In this document: piece by piece, positions 26,074-34,508 of the stretch
Layout: each line of letters starts with the position of its first letter
How positions within the stretch are numbered: the stretch's first letter is position 1
The notes under the pieces: model-generated
Told to the model about the DNA's origin: nothing
The model's input: only the letters and a program-made list of their open reading frames with translations
Database searches by the model: none
Translations under genes and position numbers: made by a program
Source of the DNA: an uncultured Candidatus Saccharibacteria bacterium
Lineage (GTDB): Bacteria; Patescibacteriota; Saccharimonadia; Saccharimonadales; CAIOMD01
Assembly: GCA_963716565.1 (NCBI GenBank)
Contig: OY970318.1
Location: forward strand, 128,830 to 192,829
Direction of reading: 5' to 3'
DNA: 64,000 nt

Positions 26074-26113
26074 GCAGTTTATTAAGTAGCAAAAACAATC
26101 TATTATTAATGTT

Positions 26114-26752
26114 ATGAGCATTATTTGTCCCACAATCCTAGCCAAAGATGAAGCCGATTTTAAAATTCAAATAGATAAAGTGGCTGGCTTTGCCAAGCGT
26201 ATTCAGATTGATTTAGAAGATGGTGTATTTGCTCCTAGCCAAAGTATTCCACTGGCCAAAGTTTGGTGGCCCAATGGTATCGAAGCCGACATTCACGTAA
26301 TGTACCAAAACCCCCAAGACTATCTAGAAACACTCATAAAACTTAAACCCAGCATGGTAATTGTGCACGCCGAAAGCACCTGTGATATTCCCAAACTGGC
26401 TGCCGATTTAAGAGTCGCCGGAATTAAAACGGGCCTAGCAATTTTGCAGCCAACTACTATTGATTCGGTAAAGTATATATTCCCGCACGTTCAGCATCTA
26501 TTAATCTTTAGTGGTGATTTGGGCCATTTCGGCGGCGTAGTCGACATGAGTTTAACCAGTAAAATCACCGAAGCTAAAACCGCTCACCAATATCTAGAGA
26601 TCGGTTGGGATGGTGGTATCACCGCCGAAAACGCCAAAGAGCTGGCCGAAGCCGGCGTAGATGTTCTAAATGTAGGCGGTGCCATCCAGAATGCTGATAA
26701 TCCACAAGAGGCTTATGCTAAAATAGTATCAAGTCTAAGTGGGCAAAAATAA
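26114..26752 (+). CDS. rpe: ribulose-phosphate 3-epimerase
   Basis: 212-aa TIM-barrel Rpe pattern (ICPTILA...IQIDLEDG...VIVHAES...GWDGGI). Confidence 0.8.
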   Translation: MSIICPTILAKDEADFKIQIDKVAGFAKRIQIDLEDGVFAPSQSIPLAKVWWPNGIEADIHVMYQNPQDYLETLIKLKPSMVIVHAESTCDIPKLAADLRVAGIKTGLAILQPTTIDSVKYIFPHVQHLLIFSGDLGHFGGVVDMSLTSKITEAKTAHQYLEIGWDGGITAENAKELAEAGVDVLNVGGAIQNADNPQEAYAKIVSSLSGQK

Positions 26753-26754
26753 TA

Positions 26755-27609
26755 TTGAAACAATATTCGCTTGAAGAATTAGAACAAATGGCCTGCGTCG
26801 TTCGGCGCGATGTTATTGATATGCTTGAACGTGCTGGCAGCGGCCACAGTGCCGGCTCGCTTGGTATGGCCGACATTTTTACAGCCCTATACTTTAGCGT
26901 GCTAAGGCACGATCCTAAAAAGCCCAACTGGGATGAGCGTGACATTTTAGTTATGAGCAATGGCCACCTAGCACCGGTGCGCTACGCCGCTATGGCCGAA
27001 GCCGGTTATTTTGATAAGAAAGAACTAGAAACTTTGCGCAAGTTAGGTTCTCGTTTACAAGGTCACCCCGAACGCACCAAATTGCCCGGGCTAGAAACTA
27101 CCAGTGGCCCCTTGGGCTCTGGCTTAAGCCAAGCTATTGGCATGGCCTTAGCGCTACGCCTAAACAAGCAGCCGCATCGCTGGATTTATGTAACTATGGG
27201 TGATGGCGAGCTGGATGAAGGCAATGTTTGGGAAGCGGCTATGCTGGCGCCTAAGTATAAGTTAAGCAACATTATTGGCATTATCGATCGTAACAACATT
27301 CAAATTGATGGCCCTACCGAAGAGGTTATGCCGCTAGAAGATTTGAAGGCCAAGTGGGAAGCTTTTGGCTGGCACGTAATAGAAGTTGATGGCAATAACA
27401 TAGAATCATTCATTGATGCTTGCGCCATGGCCAAAGCCATCACCGAAAAGCCAGTTATGATAATTGCCCACACCGTACCTGGCAAGGGCGTGGATTTTAT
27501 GGAATACGATTTTAAATGGCACGGCGTAGCACCCAATCACGAACAAGCCATGGAAGCTATAAAAGAGATACGAACTTTGCAGGGTAAAATAAGGGATGAA
27601 CATGAATAG
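26755..27609 (+). CDS. transketolase, N-terminal subunit
   Basis: ThDP-binding motifs GSGHSAGSLGMADI and GDGELDEGNVWEA. Split-type transketolase. Confidence 0.9.
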   Translation: MKQYSLEELEQMACVVRRDVIDMLERAGSGHSAGSLGMADIFTALYFSVLRHDPKKPNWDERDILVMSNGHLAPVRYAAMAEAGYFDKKELETLRKLGSRLQGHPERTKLPGLETTSGPLGSGLSQAIGMALALRLNKQPHRWIYVTMGDGELDEGNVWEAAMLAPKYKLSNIIGIIDRNNIQIDGPTEEVMPLEDLKAKWEAFGWHVIEVDGNNIESFIDACAMAKAITEKPVMIIAHTVPGKGVDFMEYDFKWHGVAPNHEQAMEAIKEIRTLQGKIRDEHE

Positions 27610-27622
27610 CGCTCATACATTA

Positions 27623-27693
27623 CTTTTTGTTGTGCGCTCTTTCGCCGAGAAGCCACGAACTTCTCGGGAAGCGCTAGCAAACCCAACAAAAAG
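27623..27693 (+). other. 71-nt extended stem-loop in the spacer between the two transketolase subunit genes
   Basis: Nested helices: a 10-bp helix CUUUUUGUUG/CAACAAAAAG, a 5-bp helix GCGCU/AGCGC and an 8-bp helix CCGAGAAG/CUUCUCGG with a 7-nt loop. The sequence is confirmed by the antisense ORF translation. Confidence 0.6.
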
Positions 27694-27733
27694 CAACATA
27701 TTCGCTGGTTATTATGGAAGGAATAATAATTAA

Positions 27734-28723
27734 ATGGGCAACCCAGAATTACATTTAACCGATTATTTATCCGACAAGGTCGAAATGGTGCCAATCCGCA
27801 AAGGTTTTGGTACGGGCCTTAAAAAAGCTGGCGAACTTAACGAAGACGTAGTTGGTTTATGCGCCGACTTAACCGAAAGCGTGCAGTTCCATGTTTTTAA
27901 AGAAGCCTTCCCAGATAGATTCTTCCAAGTTGGTATTGCCGAACAAAACTTAGTAACGGTTGGTTCTGGTTTGGCCGCCATGGGCAAAATCCCTTTTGTG
28001 GGCAGCTATGCCGCTTTTAGCCCAGGGCGCAACTGGGAGCAAATCCGCACTACCATTTGTTTGAATAATCAGCCCGTTAAAATTATTGGCGGTCATGCCG
28101 GTATTTACACTGGCGAAGACGGCGCCACTCACCAAATGCTAGAAGACATAACGTTAATGCGAGTATTGCCCAACATGGTAGTAATAGTGCCTGGCGATAG
28201 TGTGGAGGCCGAAAAGGCCACGCTAGCCATAGCGGCCCATAAACAGCCTTGCTACTTACGATTAGCCCGAGTAGCTTCACCGGTTTTTACGACCGAAAAA
28301 ACACCTTTTGAAATCGGCAAAGCCTACGTTTTAGAAAAGGGCCAAGATATCACTATTATTGCCTGTGGCACCATGACGCACCCCGCTCTAGTGGCAGCCG
28401 ATAAACTATTTAAAGAAGGTATTGATGCCGAAGTTATACATTGCCCAACCATTAAACCGCTAGATGCGGTTACCATTTTGCAAAGTGCCGGCAAAACCAA
28501 AGCTGTAATAACCGTAGAAGAAGGCCAAATTGCTGGTGGTTTAGGTGGAGCTGTGGCCGAACTATTAGGCGAAGAATTGCCAACCCCATTAAAGCGTGTG
28601 GGCATTCGCGATAGATTTGGCGAAAGCGGCCATCCGGATGAATTATTAGAACACCTAGGCCTAACCGCTAAACATATTGTTAGGGCTGCTCATCAATTAT
28701 TAACTTCGATAGGTAGGGAATAA
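27734..28723 (+). CDS. transketolase, C-terminal subunit
   Basis: Pyrimidine-binding and C-terminal domains (FQVGIAEQNLVTVGSGLA, GEDGATHQMLEDI). Confidence 0.9.
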   Translation: MGNPELHLTDYLSDKVEMVPIRKGFGTGLKKAGELNEDVVGLCADLTESVQFHVFKEAFPDRFFQVGIAEQNLVTVGSGLAAMGKIPFVGSYAAFSPGRNWEQIRTTICLNNQPVKIIGGHAGIYTGEDGATHQMLEDITLMRVLPNMVVIVPGDSVEAEKATLAIAAHKQPCYLRLARVASPVFTTEKTPFEIGKAYVLEKGQDITIIACGTMTHPALVAADKLFKEGIDAEVIHCPTIKPLDAVTILQSAGKTKAVITVEEGQIAGGLGGAVAELLGEELPTPLKRVGIRDRFGESGHPDELLEHLGLTAKHIVRAAHQLLTSIGRE

Positions 28724-28724
28724 T

Positions 28725-29636
28725 ATGGCTCGCAATTTAAAACAAATTCGTGAAGGTTGTGCCAAAGCTCGCGAAGCCATGGCTCGGTCTCGCCAAGAAC
28801 ACTTTGCTATCGGGGCTTTTAATATCGATAACCAAGAAACTTTAATTGCCGTGGCTAAAGCCGCTCAAAAGTTGCAGGCGCCGGTAATGGTAGAAGTTAG
28901 CGATACCGAAGTTAAAGCTATGGGCTTTGATAACATCCTAGACATGGTAGATAACTACAAAAGAGATTTTGACATAGAAATGTACATAAACATGGATCAC
29001 TGCCCAACAGTTGAAATGGCCAAAGAAGCCATCGATACTGGTTATGAATTCGTACACATTGATGTGTCTCAAGCTCAGCATGATGCTCCAGATTCCGAAA
29101 TTATCGAAGCCACCAAGCAAATTGTTGAATATGCCAAAACCACCGGCGCCCAGGTAGAAGGCGAGCTGCATTATTTTAGGGGTGGTTCCAACGTATTTAA
29201 AGAAGCCTTTAACTACGAAGAAATCAAAAAAACTTTTAGCACGCCCGAAGAGGCCAAGATGTTTGTTACTGCTACTGGCATAGATACTTACGCGGCGGCT
29301 ATTGGCAACTTGCACGGCTACTATCCGGTACCTAAAATTTTAGATTTAGATTTACTAGAGCAAATTCGCAAAGTTATAGATTGTAACATTAGCTTGCATG
29401 GCGGCAGCGACACGCCGGCCCATTATTTTGAAGGTGCCGTACACATTGGTGTGAGCAAGGTAAATGTTAATAGCGATTTGCGTAAAGCCTTTCGTGAGAC
29501 TCTAGAAAAAGTGCTACGCGAAAACCCCGATGAATACGCCATAGTTAAGCTAATGCCCGAAGTTTACGGGGCGGTGCGGGCGGTGGTGGAGAGCAAAATC
29601 CAGTGGTTTAACGCCGTGGGTAAGGCGAAGCCTTAG
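28725..29636 (+). CDS. fba: class II fructose-bisphosphate aldolase
   Basis: 303 aa, FBA class II pattern (FNIDNQETL, MDHCP, LHGGSDTP, VNVNSDLR). Confidence 0.85.
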   Translation: MARNLKQIREGCAKAREAMARSRQEHFAIGAFNIDNQETLIAVAKAAQKLQAPVMVEVSDTEVKAMGFDNILDMVDNYKRDFDIEMYINMDHCPTVEMAKEAIDTGYEFVHIDVSQAQHDAPDSEIIEATKQIVEYAKTTGAQVEGELHYFRGGSNVFKEAFNYEEIKKTFSTPEEAKMFVTATGIDTYAAAIGNLHGYYPVPKILDLDLLEQIRKVIDCNISLHGGSDTPAHYFEGAVHIGVSKVNVNSDLRKAFRETLEKVLRENPDEYAIVKLMPEVYGAVRAVVESKIQWFNAVGKAKP

Positions 29637-29733
29637 CCTTTACTTTGTAAAGTAACAAACTATTCTTTGCTACTTTTGCTGTCAAAAGTAGCCAAAACCA
29701 CTGGGCTGCTTTTTGGCCTTGGTATAACCTGTA

Positions 29734-29842
29734 GCCAAGCGCTACAACAGCTTGCGGGACTCCCTTAAGGTCGGCCAAACTTTTGTTCATTCTTCATAGA
29801 AGAAGTTTGGCAAGTCCTCAGCTTCCATGTTGTAGCTTTGGC
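29734..29842. repeat. long imperfect palindrome (about 109 nt) at the start of an accessory islet
   Basis: Paired blocks are GCUACAACA/UGUUGUAGC (9 bp), GGAC/GUCC, and CCAAACUU/AAGUUUGG (8 bp) around a UCUUC-AUA-GAAGA centre. The sequence is confirmed by the overlapping ORF translation. Confidence 0.6.
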
Positions 29843-29914
29843 CAGTTTATCCAGGCCCAAAAAGATGCCCAGACCCTTTTAATAGCAATATATCAGGCGT
29901 ACAATCCCTATATA

Positions 29915-30652
29915 ATGGATACGATAAGGTTCAGGATTTTTAATGGCGACTTAAACCTAAATATCAAGAAGGGTTATTGCGAAAAATTAAATAAAAAGGC
30001 TATAGCATATTTTCAAAACAATGGTATAGATGTTGAGTTGATGCCACCTCCGTGCAAAGGCGGCGCTGGTGCAGAGATGTCGTTACTTATAAAAATAATC
30101 CTTGTAATTAAAAGACTTTTTAGGCAGGTAGACAAGATTGTTGCTAAGCGTCTGGAAAAAGATGTTGATGGGGTAGCGCCCAAATATAATATTTATATGG
30201 AAATGAACAACAATATAGATATTATTTATGACTATGATTTTCAGCCAGGAACGTACATTGCTAGACTAGTGTTTAATTGCTACTGTCTGCAGAAGTTTCT
30301 TGTTATGAGCTATCCAGAATATAATTTTAATTTTTCATGCAGCATCCATTATCCAAAATTTGGCTATTCATTGACTGCAACAAGTCTGATTTACAATGCA
30401 AAAAAACATGAAATTGGAGCATTTATTAGAGTTATAAAAAAGATATTACTGAAAGCGAATCAGTCGGAATGCATACTACAAGCAAGCTGGTTGCGCTATA
30501 AGCAAGAGATAAGCTATTTTAAGGATAATTATTTGTATAAAACAAAAACTCGAAGATTGTTCATAAGAAATGGGTCTTTGATAAGGCGAGGCATTCATAA
30601 AAAATCATGCCCCAAGACGGGGGGAATTGCTTATGAGCCACTTAATAGATAA
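29915..30652 (+). CDS. hypothetical protein (AT-rich orphan)
   Basis: The ORF track gives 29783-30652, but its first 44 codons lie in the palindrome, so in-frame ATG 29915 is preferred. Composition is K/N/I/Y-rich. No family was recognised. Confidence 0.4.
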   Translation: MDTIRFRIFNGDLNLNIKKGYCEKLNKKAIAYFQNNGIDVELMPPPCKGGAGAEMSLLIKIILVIKRLFRQVDKIVAKRLEKDVDGVAPKYNIYMEMNNNIDIIYDYDFQPGTYIARLVFNCYCLQKFLVMSYPEYNFNFSCSIHYPKFGYSLTATSLIYNAKKHEIGAFIRVIKKILLKANQSECILQASWLRYKQEISYFKDNYLYKTKTRRLFIRNGSLIRRGIHKKSCPKTGGIAYEPLNR

Positions 30653-30661
30653 TACGCACTT

Positions 30662-30691
30662 CATCATCTAACCTGCTGGAAGAAAATGTTG
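30662..30691 (+). repeat. 30-nt direct repeat, copy A
   Basis: catcatctaacctgctggaagaaaatgttg matches 31550-31579 (caacatctaaactgctggaagaaaacgttg) at 27 of 30 positions. Confidence 0.7.
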
Positions 30692-30790
30692 CGCTAAAAG
30701 GGAAGTAGCGTGTGACGCCATTGATTAATAGCAAAGTTGGATTTTTATGTTTTTATAAAAAGCTAAAGGTTAATTAGTCTTAACATAAAA

Positions 30791-30819
30791 TTGACTTAGT
30801 AGCATATTACGGTTAAAGT
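30791..30819 (+). promoter_or_regulatory. sigma70-type promoter (TTGACT-17-TAAAGT)
   Basis: Hexamers read directly. SD aggagg and TTG 30868 lie downstream. Confidence 0.55.
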
Positions 30820-30867
30820 AATCTAATCTGGGTTATTGTACAAGCGTTCTTTAGTTAGGAGGCAGGG

Positions 30868-31440
30868 TTGAAAACGTCAACACTTGAAGCACTAATGGGC
30901 AAGATGGACGAGAACCCAAAGGTCTACCGGGTCGGGTCTACCGTTCCCAGTAGGCTTACGTGGGGTGACACCCGTGTGTTCGGGCAGGTGTTTGTTGCAC
31001 CGCAGCACTGTGGTGCTGGTGCGGCAGATGGTCTGTACAAGGTCGAGGCCTTGAATGGCTTCATGAAGGGCCTCATCCCGACCGATCACAGGCCTGTGGA
31101 AGAGATGCCCTTTATCGAAGAGGGCGGGAGTCTGTCGTTTGGCTGGATGGAGTTCGTTCAGGTTGTAGCACGGTCTCGCCGCGAGCTAACTCTCGTCCAA
31201 CTGACCAAGGACTTGGCACTTCCCGTGTTCAAAGCGGGCGACGAGAAGGGCAAGGAAGAAGGCAACGATCTGGTCAAGTCCTCTGAGGCCACTGACGTCG
31301 AGCTGGTTGTAAGGGTTTGCTGCTTTCCGGACGTGACTCTGGCCAAGAAGGCCATCAAGACCGACAAGACGAGCATCCAAAGCGCCTCTCTCTTTCGGTA
31401 CCAGCAACGGCTCGATAACGTCCTCAAGGGCCTCTTCTAG
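30868..31440 (+). CDS. hypothetical protein (G/C-rich orphan)
   Basis: 190 aa. TTG start 7 nt after SD aggagg. G/C-ending codons. No family was recognised. Confidence 0.55.
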   Translation: MKTSTLEALMGKMDENPKVYRVGSTVPSRLTWGDTRVFGQVFVAPQHCGAGAADGLYKVEALNGFMKGLIPTDHRPVEEMPFIEEGGSLSFGWMEFVQVVARSRRELTLVQLTKDLALPVFKAGDEKGKEEGNDLVKSSEATDVELVVRVCCFPDVTLAKKAIKTDKTSIQSASLFRYQQRLDNVLKGLF

Positions 31441-31476
31441 CCCACTGCGGCCACCGCCAAGAACCACCCGGAGTTG

Positions 31477-31516
31477 CCCGGTACGTCTAAAAAACGTACC
31501 GGGCTCTTCATTTTTA
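31477..31516 (+). terminator. rho-independent terminator
   Basis: 10-bp hairpin CCCGGUACGU/ACGUACCGGG followed by a U-rich tract (CUCUUCAUUUUUA). Confidence 0.8.
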
Positions 31517-31549
31517 TGGCCCAAAATCCACCATCTAACGTCTATCGTC

Positions 31550-31579
31550 CAACATCTAAACTGCTGGAAGAAAACGTTG
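31550..31579 (+). repeat. 30-nt direct repeat, copy B
   Basis: See copy A. It lies immediately upstream of the pfkB-family gene promoter (TTGAAT-17/18-TATACT at 31586-31615). Confidence 0.7.
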
Positions 31580-31622
31580 TTAAAATTGAATAAGTAAAAA
31601 CATTAGTGCTATACTTTAGTAA

Positions 31623-32606
31623 ATGATGGGCGAATATCAAAAACGGGCAGATATAAAGATTTTGTGTATTGGCGCGGCCGTGCAAGATGTATTTTTGCAG
31701 GGCAAGATATTTAAGCCCCACAAAGAAGACGGCGAGCTAGTTGAAGAATTCAAACTTGGCTCTAAAAACGATATTGAAGGCGTAACAATTAGTACCGGTG
31801 GTGGTGCAACCAACGGCGCGGTAACGTTTGCTAGGCAGGGCTTGCATGCCATGTTTATGGGCAAGATTGGCAACGATATTGCCGGCAGAATCGTATTAGA
31901 CGATTTACACCAAAACGGCGTAGATACCAGCTTGGTTGAAAAATTAGACGACGTTGGCACTGGCTATTCCTGTTTACTGTTAGCCCCAAATGGCGAAAGA
32001 ACCATTTTAACTTATCGCGGCGCCAGCACACATATGGACTTTTTAAGAGAGAGCTTTCATGATGTCGAAGCCGACTGGCTGTTTTTATCATCATTCGCTG
32101 GCGACTTTGAAGCTCTAGAAACAATCTTTGCTTATGCCAAAAGCAAAGGCATCAAGATTGCCATGATTCCGGGTAAAGATGAGCTGCAACACAAAGAAAA
32201 AATCCAAGAGCTAATCCCACAAGTAGAAATATTAATTGCCAATAAAGAAGAATTGGCTATGGTATTTTGCGGTGATACCTTAGAAGAATTAGTACGTGAT
32301 GCTAATAAAGTCGTTCATTACGTAGTTGGTACCGACGGGCCCAAGGGGGCTGTTGCGGCGGACAGGTGGCATATTATAAACGCTGGTATGTATAAAGACG
32401 TAGAAGTAGTTGATCGTACCGGTGCGGGCGATGCTTTTGCCAGTGGCTTTGTGGCTATGATTGCAGTTGGTGAGCCGTTAGAAAAAGCTATAACCCTAGC
32501 CAGTGCAAACTCCACCAGCGTGGTTACCAAAATTGGTGCCAAAGCCGGCATTTTAAGCGCACACGATCACATCCATGAAATGCCATTAGAAGTTAAAGAA
32601 TTATAA
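31623..32606 (+). CDS. PfkB-family carbohydrate/nucleoside kinase (ribokinase-like)
   Basis: Motifs GGGATNGAV and DRTGAGDAFASGF. The ATG lies 8 nt after the -10 box. Confidence 0.8.
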   Translation: MMGEYQKRADIKILCIGAAVQDVFLQGKIFKPHKEDGELVEEFKLGSKNDIEGVTISTGGGATNGAVTFARQGLHAMFMGKIGNDIAGRIVLDDLHQNGVDTSLVEKLDDVGTGYSCLLLAPNGERTILTYRGASTHMDFLRESFHDVEADWLFLSSFAGDFEALETIFAYAKSKGIKIAMIPGKDELQHKEKIQELIPQVEILIANKEELAMVFCGDTLEELVRDANKVVHYVVGTDGPKGAVAADRWHIINAGMYKDVEVVDRTGAGDAFASGFVAMIAVGEPLEKAITLASANSTSVVTKIGAKAGILSAHDHIHEMPLEVKEL

Positions 32607-32614
32607 GGGGTAAA

Positions 32615-33871
32615 ATGTCTAGATTAATTTCAAAATTACTAGGTGCCAGCGAACCAGCTTTTAGTATGGCCATTAAGCAGTTAGAGCAAATTACTAATCG
32701 CCAAGGAATTGATATCCGTTTAACGGCCGAAATCAGCAACAAAGTACGTTACACTGTTGGGCAATTTGGCCTAGACCCTTACGACACCACCGCCAAAGAA
32801 CTGTATCACTGCCTAATGAATAAAATTAAGGTAGACGATGAACGTTTTGTACGGCTAATTGGCGCCCAAGCTAGTGATAGCCCTACCGATTTAATTGAGC
32901 CGGTTATAAAAACTTTAGGCAACCTAAACTTATCTAAAAAATGCTGGGTTATCAAAAAGAGTGTGGCCAAAGAGTTGCTAAAGCAAAATCCACCTAAAAA
33001 TGTTATGAAGCAGCTGCGCTATAAGAGTATTGATAGCATGCTTAAAAACGAAAACATCTTTGAACTATATGGCGCTATTCGGTTTGCCGAAACGGCGGCT
33101 TGGCAAAGAAAGCTTATAAAGTCGTATAAAGTTTTAGGCCCATCCGATTTTGAAGTACGCAACATTGAAGTCTTTGTGATGCCAAAAGATCGCTGGGAGC
33201 AACTTAGCCACTCAGCAGTCAAGGCCAAAGGCCACTTTGTAACTAACTTAAAAGAATTAGGCGCCATTATTGTTTTACCGCCGGCGCATTCAAACCAAGT
33301 TGGCTATGCCACCTTGTTAGCGCTACTTATAATCCACTATATTAACGAAATTAGAACCTACAGTAGCTTCTTTAAGCTACATCAAGTTAAGCCGGATTTT
33401 GCAGCCATATTGTCTGGGGCGCTAAGCCACGACAAAGCTCATGTGGCGGTTGTTGGCGGCCATTCGGTACATTGGCGGGCGGTGCATCACCATTATGGCC
33501 AGCAAAGCAATGCCCAGCCAGAAATGTTTGAGCCGTTAATTCAATGGGAAGATTTGCAGTGGCACAAAGCCGAAAAAGCTTTGAGCAAAATCGACCAAGA
33601 CTATAGCTGGTGGTGTGATTTGGATTACGTTGGTTTGATTGCTACAAAAAATAATGTAAGCTTAAGCCTTATGGACGTCGTGAATAACTGTTACCTTGGC
33701 AAAGAATACGAAGAAGCTAGCAACAACTTTTTAAAGTTTAATCTGTGGAATGAATTATTTGCCCGTTATATGGGCGAAAAGGTTGTAGAGCAACAAGTAA
33801 TCAGACAATTAGATATTGAAATGATAGAAGGCGAAATGTTATTTGAGAGCCTAGAGCCGGGGGATATATAA
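32615..33871 (+). CDS. hypothetical protein
   Basis: 418-aa ORF tightly packed between the kinase and the LOG-like gene. No family was recognised. Confidence 0.55.
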   Translation: MSRLISKLLGASEPAFSMAIKQLEQITNRQGIDIRLTAEISNKVRYTVGQFGLDPYDTTAKELYHCLMNKIKVDDERFVRLIGAQASDSPTDLIEPVIKTLGNLNLSKKCWVIKKSVAKELLKQNPPKNVMKQLRYKSIDSMLKNENIFELYGAIRFAETAAWQRKLIKSYKVLGPSDFEVRNIEVFVMPKDRWEQLSHSAVKAKGHFVTNLKELGAIIVLPPAHSNQVGYATLLALLIIHYINEIRTYSSFFKLHQVKPDFAAILSGALSHDKAHVAVVGGHSVHWRAVHHHYGQQSNAQPEMFEPLIQWEDLQWHKAEKALSKIDQDYSWWCDLDYVGLIATKNNVSLSLMDVVNNCYLGKEYEEASNNFLKFNLWNELFARYMGEKVVEQQVIRQLDIEMIEGEMLFESLEPGDI

Positions 33872-33873
33872 GT

Positions 33874-34485
33874 ATGCAATATAGCATTTGTTTATCTGGA
33901 GCTTCTTCGGGCGAAACAGTCAATGCTTCGCGTGATTTAGCCGAAAGAATCGGAACGGCTATTGCCAAGTCGGGCCATACTTTAACGACCGGAGCGACTA
34001 CCGGATTACCATTTTTTGGTGCCAAGGCTGCTCATGAAGCTGGTGGTATGAGCATTGGTTTTTCGCCAGCTAGTAGTCTAAGGGAGCACATGTATAAATA
34101 TCGCCTACCAATTGGGGTTTATGACTTTATAAACTTTACTGGCCTAAACTATGTGGGGCGCGATGTTTACTTAGTGCAATCCAGCGATGCTGTTATTACA
34201 GTTGGCGGTCGTTTTGGCAGTTTGCATGAATTTACTTCGGCACTTGAAGACGGAAAGTTATGTGGTGTGCTACTAGGTAGTGGTGGTACGGCCGATTTGA
34301 TCCCAGAGCTATTCGAAAAACTAGAGAAGCCCCACCAGGATTTAGTAATCACCGATGACAATCCCGAGCGGCTAGTTGATAAAATCGTTAAAAGATTAGA
34401 TGTGCAGTTTAAAGACATCGATACCAGCGCTGTTGCTAACCGCTGGTTTTTAGAAAAACCCCCAATCCCTCGCCACGAGGGTTAA
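33874..34485 (+). CDS. TIGR00725/LOG-like (SLOG superfamily) Rossmann-fold protein
   Basis: Pattern LTTGATTGLPFFGAKAA...AVITVGGRFGSLHEFTSAL resembles the LOG-family PGGxGTxxE region. It starts 2 nt after the upstream stop. Confidence 0.6.
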   Translation: MQYSICLSGASSGETVNASRDLAERIGTAIAKSGHTLTTGATTGLPFFGAKAAHEAGGMSIGFSPASSLREHMYKYRLPIGVYDFINFTGLNYVGRDVYLVQSSDAVITVGGRFGSLHEFTSALEDGKLCGVLLGSGGTADLIPELFEKLEKPHQDLVITDDNPERLVDKIVKRLDVQFKDIDTSAVANRWFLEKPPIPRHEG

Positions 34486-34508
34486 GAATAAGTAGGAAGG
34501 GAAAGAAA

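Noticed and set aside
29814-29826. Minus-strand CUGAGGA (plus-strand tcctcag) inside the long palindrome, considered as an antisense hammerhead.
   Set aside because: The adjacent hairpin is not followed by GAAA and no NUH/stem III partner exists.
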